64,000 nucleotides of DNA from an uncultured Actinomycetes bacterium. GTDB taxonomy: Bacteria; Actinomycetota; Actinomycetes; Streptosporangiales; Streptosporangiaceae. Both the position numbers and the translations under genes were made by a program. The notes under the pieces were generated by a model. The model saw only the letters and a program-made list of their open reading frames with translations, was not told the origin of the DNA and ran no database searches. Below are positions 62,796-64,000 of this stretch, in pieces. The stretch's first letter is position 1, and each line of letters starts with the position of its first letter. The stretch covers positions 117,654-181,653 of the forward strand of contig CAVPUY010000010.1 of assembly GCA_963709075.1 (NCBI GenBank), read 5' to 3'.

Positions 62796-63301
62796 AAATC
62801 GCGACTGCCCTGACGCTGCTCGCGGTCGGCGCCATCCTCGCCTTCGCCGTGCGGGCCAATCCGCCGGGCCTGAACATCCACACCGTGGGCTGGGTCGTCA
62901 TGCTGACCGGCGTTGCCGGGATGGCGCTTCCCGGCCAGGCGTCGGGCTGGCTGCGCAGGCGGATCGTGGTGCGGAGGGGCCCGGTGGGGCCGGTGGGGCA
63001 GGCCTGGGCGGCCGGCCAGGCCGGGCTGGCTGGCGGCGACATCGACGACGCCGGTTACCCGCCTTACGTCCTGCATGACCCGGCCGCGCTGGCCTCGGCG
63101 ATCCTGCAGGACGCGGAGCTGGCCGGGAACGACGGCGACGAGCCGCCGGCGGCGGCTCCAGCGGCGCCCAGGCTGGCAGCCGTCAAGCTCGGCGATGAAG
63201 CGCGAGGCCGGCCCGTCCGGCACGCTGGACGACCTGCTGACGGGCCGGACTTCGGAAGGCCAGTCCTGGCGTCGCCGGCTAGCCGGGCGCGTCGCCGCTA
63301 G
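62792..63301 (+). CDS. Small membrane protein (two N-terminal TM helices, DUF6458-like), translationally coupled to the sigma gene
   Basis: Start at Met22 of ORF 62729..63301, with ATGA overlapping the sigma stop. MKIATALTLLAVGAILAFAVRANPPGLNIHTVGWVVMLTGVAGMAL. The C-terminal half is low complexity and overlaps the convergent gene by ~20 nt, so the 3' end is uncertain. Confidence 0.5.
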   Translation: MKIATALTLLAVGAILAFAVRANPPGLNIHTVGWVVMLTGVAGMALPGQASGWLRRRIVVRRGPVGPVGQAWAAGQAGLAGGDIDDAGYPPYVLHDPAALASAILQDAELAGNDGDEPPAAAPAAPRLAAVKLGDEARGRPVRHAGRPADGPDFGRPVLASPASRARRR

Positions 63302-64000
63302 CCGGGGCCGCGCCGATGCGCACGGCGAGCATGGTCATGTCATCGCGCAGGTCGTTCAGGCTGAACTCGACGACCAGCGACTGCATGGCCGGGATGATCT
63401 CGGCCGGCGGCCGCCCGGCCAGCGCGGCGAGCTCGTCGGTAAGCCGGTCTTCGAAGTAGGCCATCTGCGGGCTGCGGGCCTCGGTGACGCCGTCGGTGAA
63501 CAGGAACAGCAGGTCGCCCTCGCCGAGCTCGATCTCGTGCGCGCCTGGCTCCGCGTCCGGGAAGAGGCCGAGCGGCATGCCGCCGCCCGGCAGGATCCGC
63601 ACCCGCCCGTCCGGCCGGACCAGTGCCGGACCGGGGTGCCCGGCGCTGGCCAGCGCGACCTTGAGCCCGGCCTGCCAGCGGAAGTGCAAGGCGCAGGCGG
63701 TGACGAACCGCCCGTCGTATTCTTCCGCGAGCATGAGCTCGTTAGCCTGCCGTAGCACCTCGGCCGGATCGGCATTCCAGTGCGCGAGCACCCGGATCGC
63801 ATGCCGCGCGGCGGCGGTCACCGCCGCGGCTTCCTCGCCCTTCCCGCAGACGTCGCCGATCGTCATCCCCCAGCCGCCCGGGACCCGGTAGACGTCGTAG
63901 AAGTCGCCGCCCACGTCGAGTCCCTCGGTGGCGGCCACGTAGGCGGCGGCGATCTCGACGCCGGGAACCTCGGGCAGTTCCCGCGGCAGCAGGCTCGCCT
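63279..64000 (-). CDS. PP2C/SpoIIE-family serine phosphatase, C-terminal domain (5' end beyond the window)
   Basis: ORF 63279..63938 continues open upstream to the window edge. Contains GGDFYDV, IGDVCGKGEEAA and LFLFTDGVTEA. Confidence 0.8.
   Translation of the reverse strand, partial: ASLLPRELPEVPGVEIAAAYVAATEGLDVGGDFYDVYRVPGGWGMTIGDVCGKGEEAAAVTAAARHAIRVLAHWNADPAEVLRQANELMLAEEYDGRFVTACALHFRWQAGLKVALASAGHPGPALVRPDGRVRILPGGGMPLGLFPDAEPGAHEIELGEGDLLFLFTDGVTEARSPQMAYFEDRLTDELAALAGRPPAEIIPAMQSLVVEFSLNDLRDDMTMLAVRIGAAPASGDAPG

Noticed and set aside
1-64000. Mobile elements, prophage, defence islands, tRNA or rRNA genes.
   Set aside because: No transposase, integrase or recombinase-like ORFs were found. 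No terminal inverted repeats flank accessory genes. No cloverleaf-capable spacers were found, as all intergenic gaps are short and are accounted for by promoters or leaders.

Overview
Very G+C-rich actinobacterial core-chromosome segment with Streptomyces-like gene order.

Gene order:
- Minus strand: gltB (runs off the left edge), trpA-trpB-trpC and two trp-associated membrane genes.
- A TIGR03085-type gene (plus strand).
- A minus-strand unit: LacI regulator, ABC importer (lipoprotein SBP, two permeases, ATPase) and a TIGR03767-like metallophosphoesterase.
- ppgK, RidA, a membrane protein and an ABC-2 exporter pair.
- dnaE, rluD, lspA and a DksA/TraR-type zinc-finger gene.
- A T-box leader followed by ileS (plus strand).
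- The complete division/cell-wall block divIVA-yggT-sepF-yggS-pgeF-ftsZ-ftsQ-murC-murG-ftsW-murD-mraY-murF-murE-ftsI-ftsL-rsmH-mraZ (minus strand).
- Divergent moxR-DUF58-transglutaminase.
- DUF3040, dinB, nusB, efp, pepP.
- A SigB/F-type sigma factor with a coupled small membrane gene, and a partial PP2C phosphatase.

I found no rRNA, tRNA, CRISPR, transposase, integrase, phage or defence-type genes. I see no convincing novel multi-gene system: this is housekeeping DNA.

Main caveat: about 46 single-base frame breaks (by my reading) interrupt otherwise perfectly conserved and mostly essential genes. They are concentrated at 26.9-50.3 kb. I interpret them as consensus indel errors rather than biology. 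Frame-broken genes are typed pseudogene only because the sequence as given is disrupted.

Observations most worth a second look:
- A membrane-anchored, highly repetitive low-complexity gene with a C-terminal His/Cys4 module directly downstream of divIVA.
- Many perfect in-frame 12-33 bp tandem repeats inserted in housekeeping proteins (lspA, gltB, trpB, ftsL, ftsQ, DUF58).
- A phased GTGG (MraZ-box) array over the mraZ promoter.
- The ileS T-box with an SD-sequestering helix.
- A 23-bp tandem repeat filling the nusB-dinB spacer.
- The LacI/ABC importer/cytoplasmic metallophosphoesterase unit.
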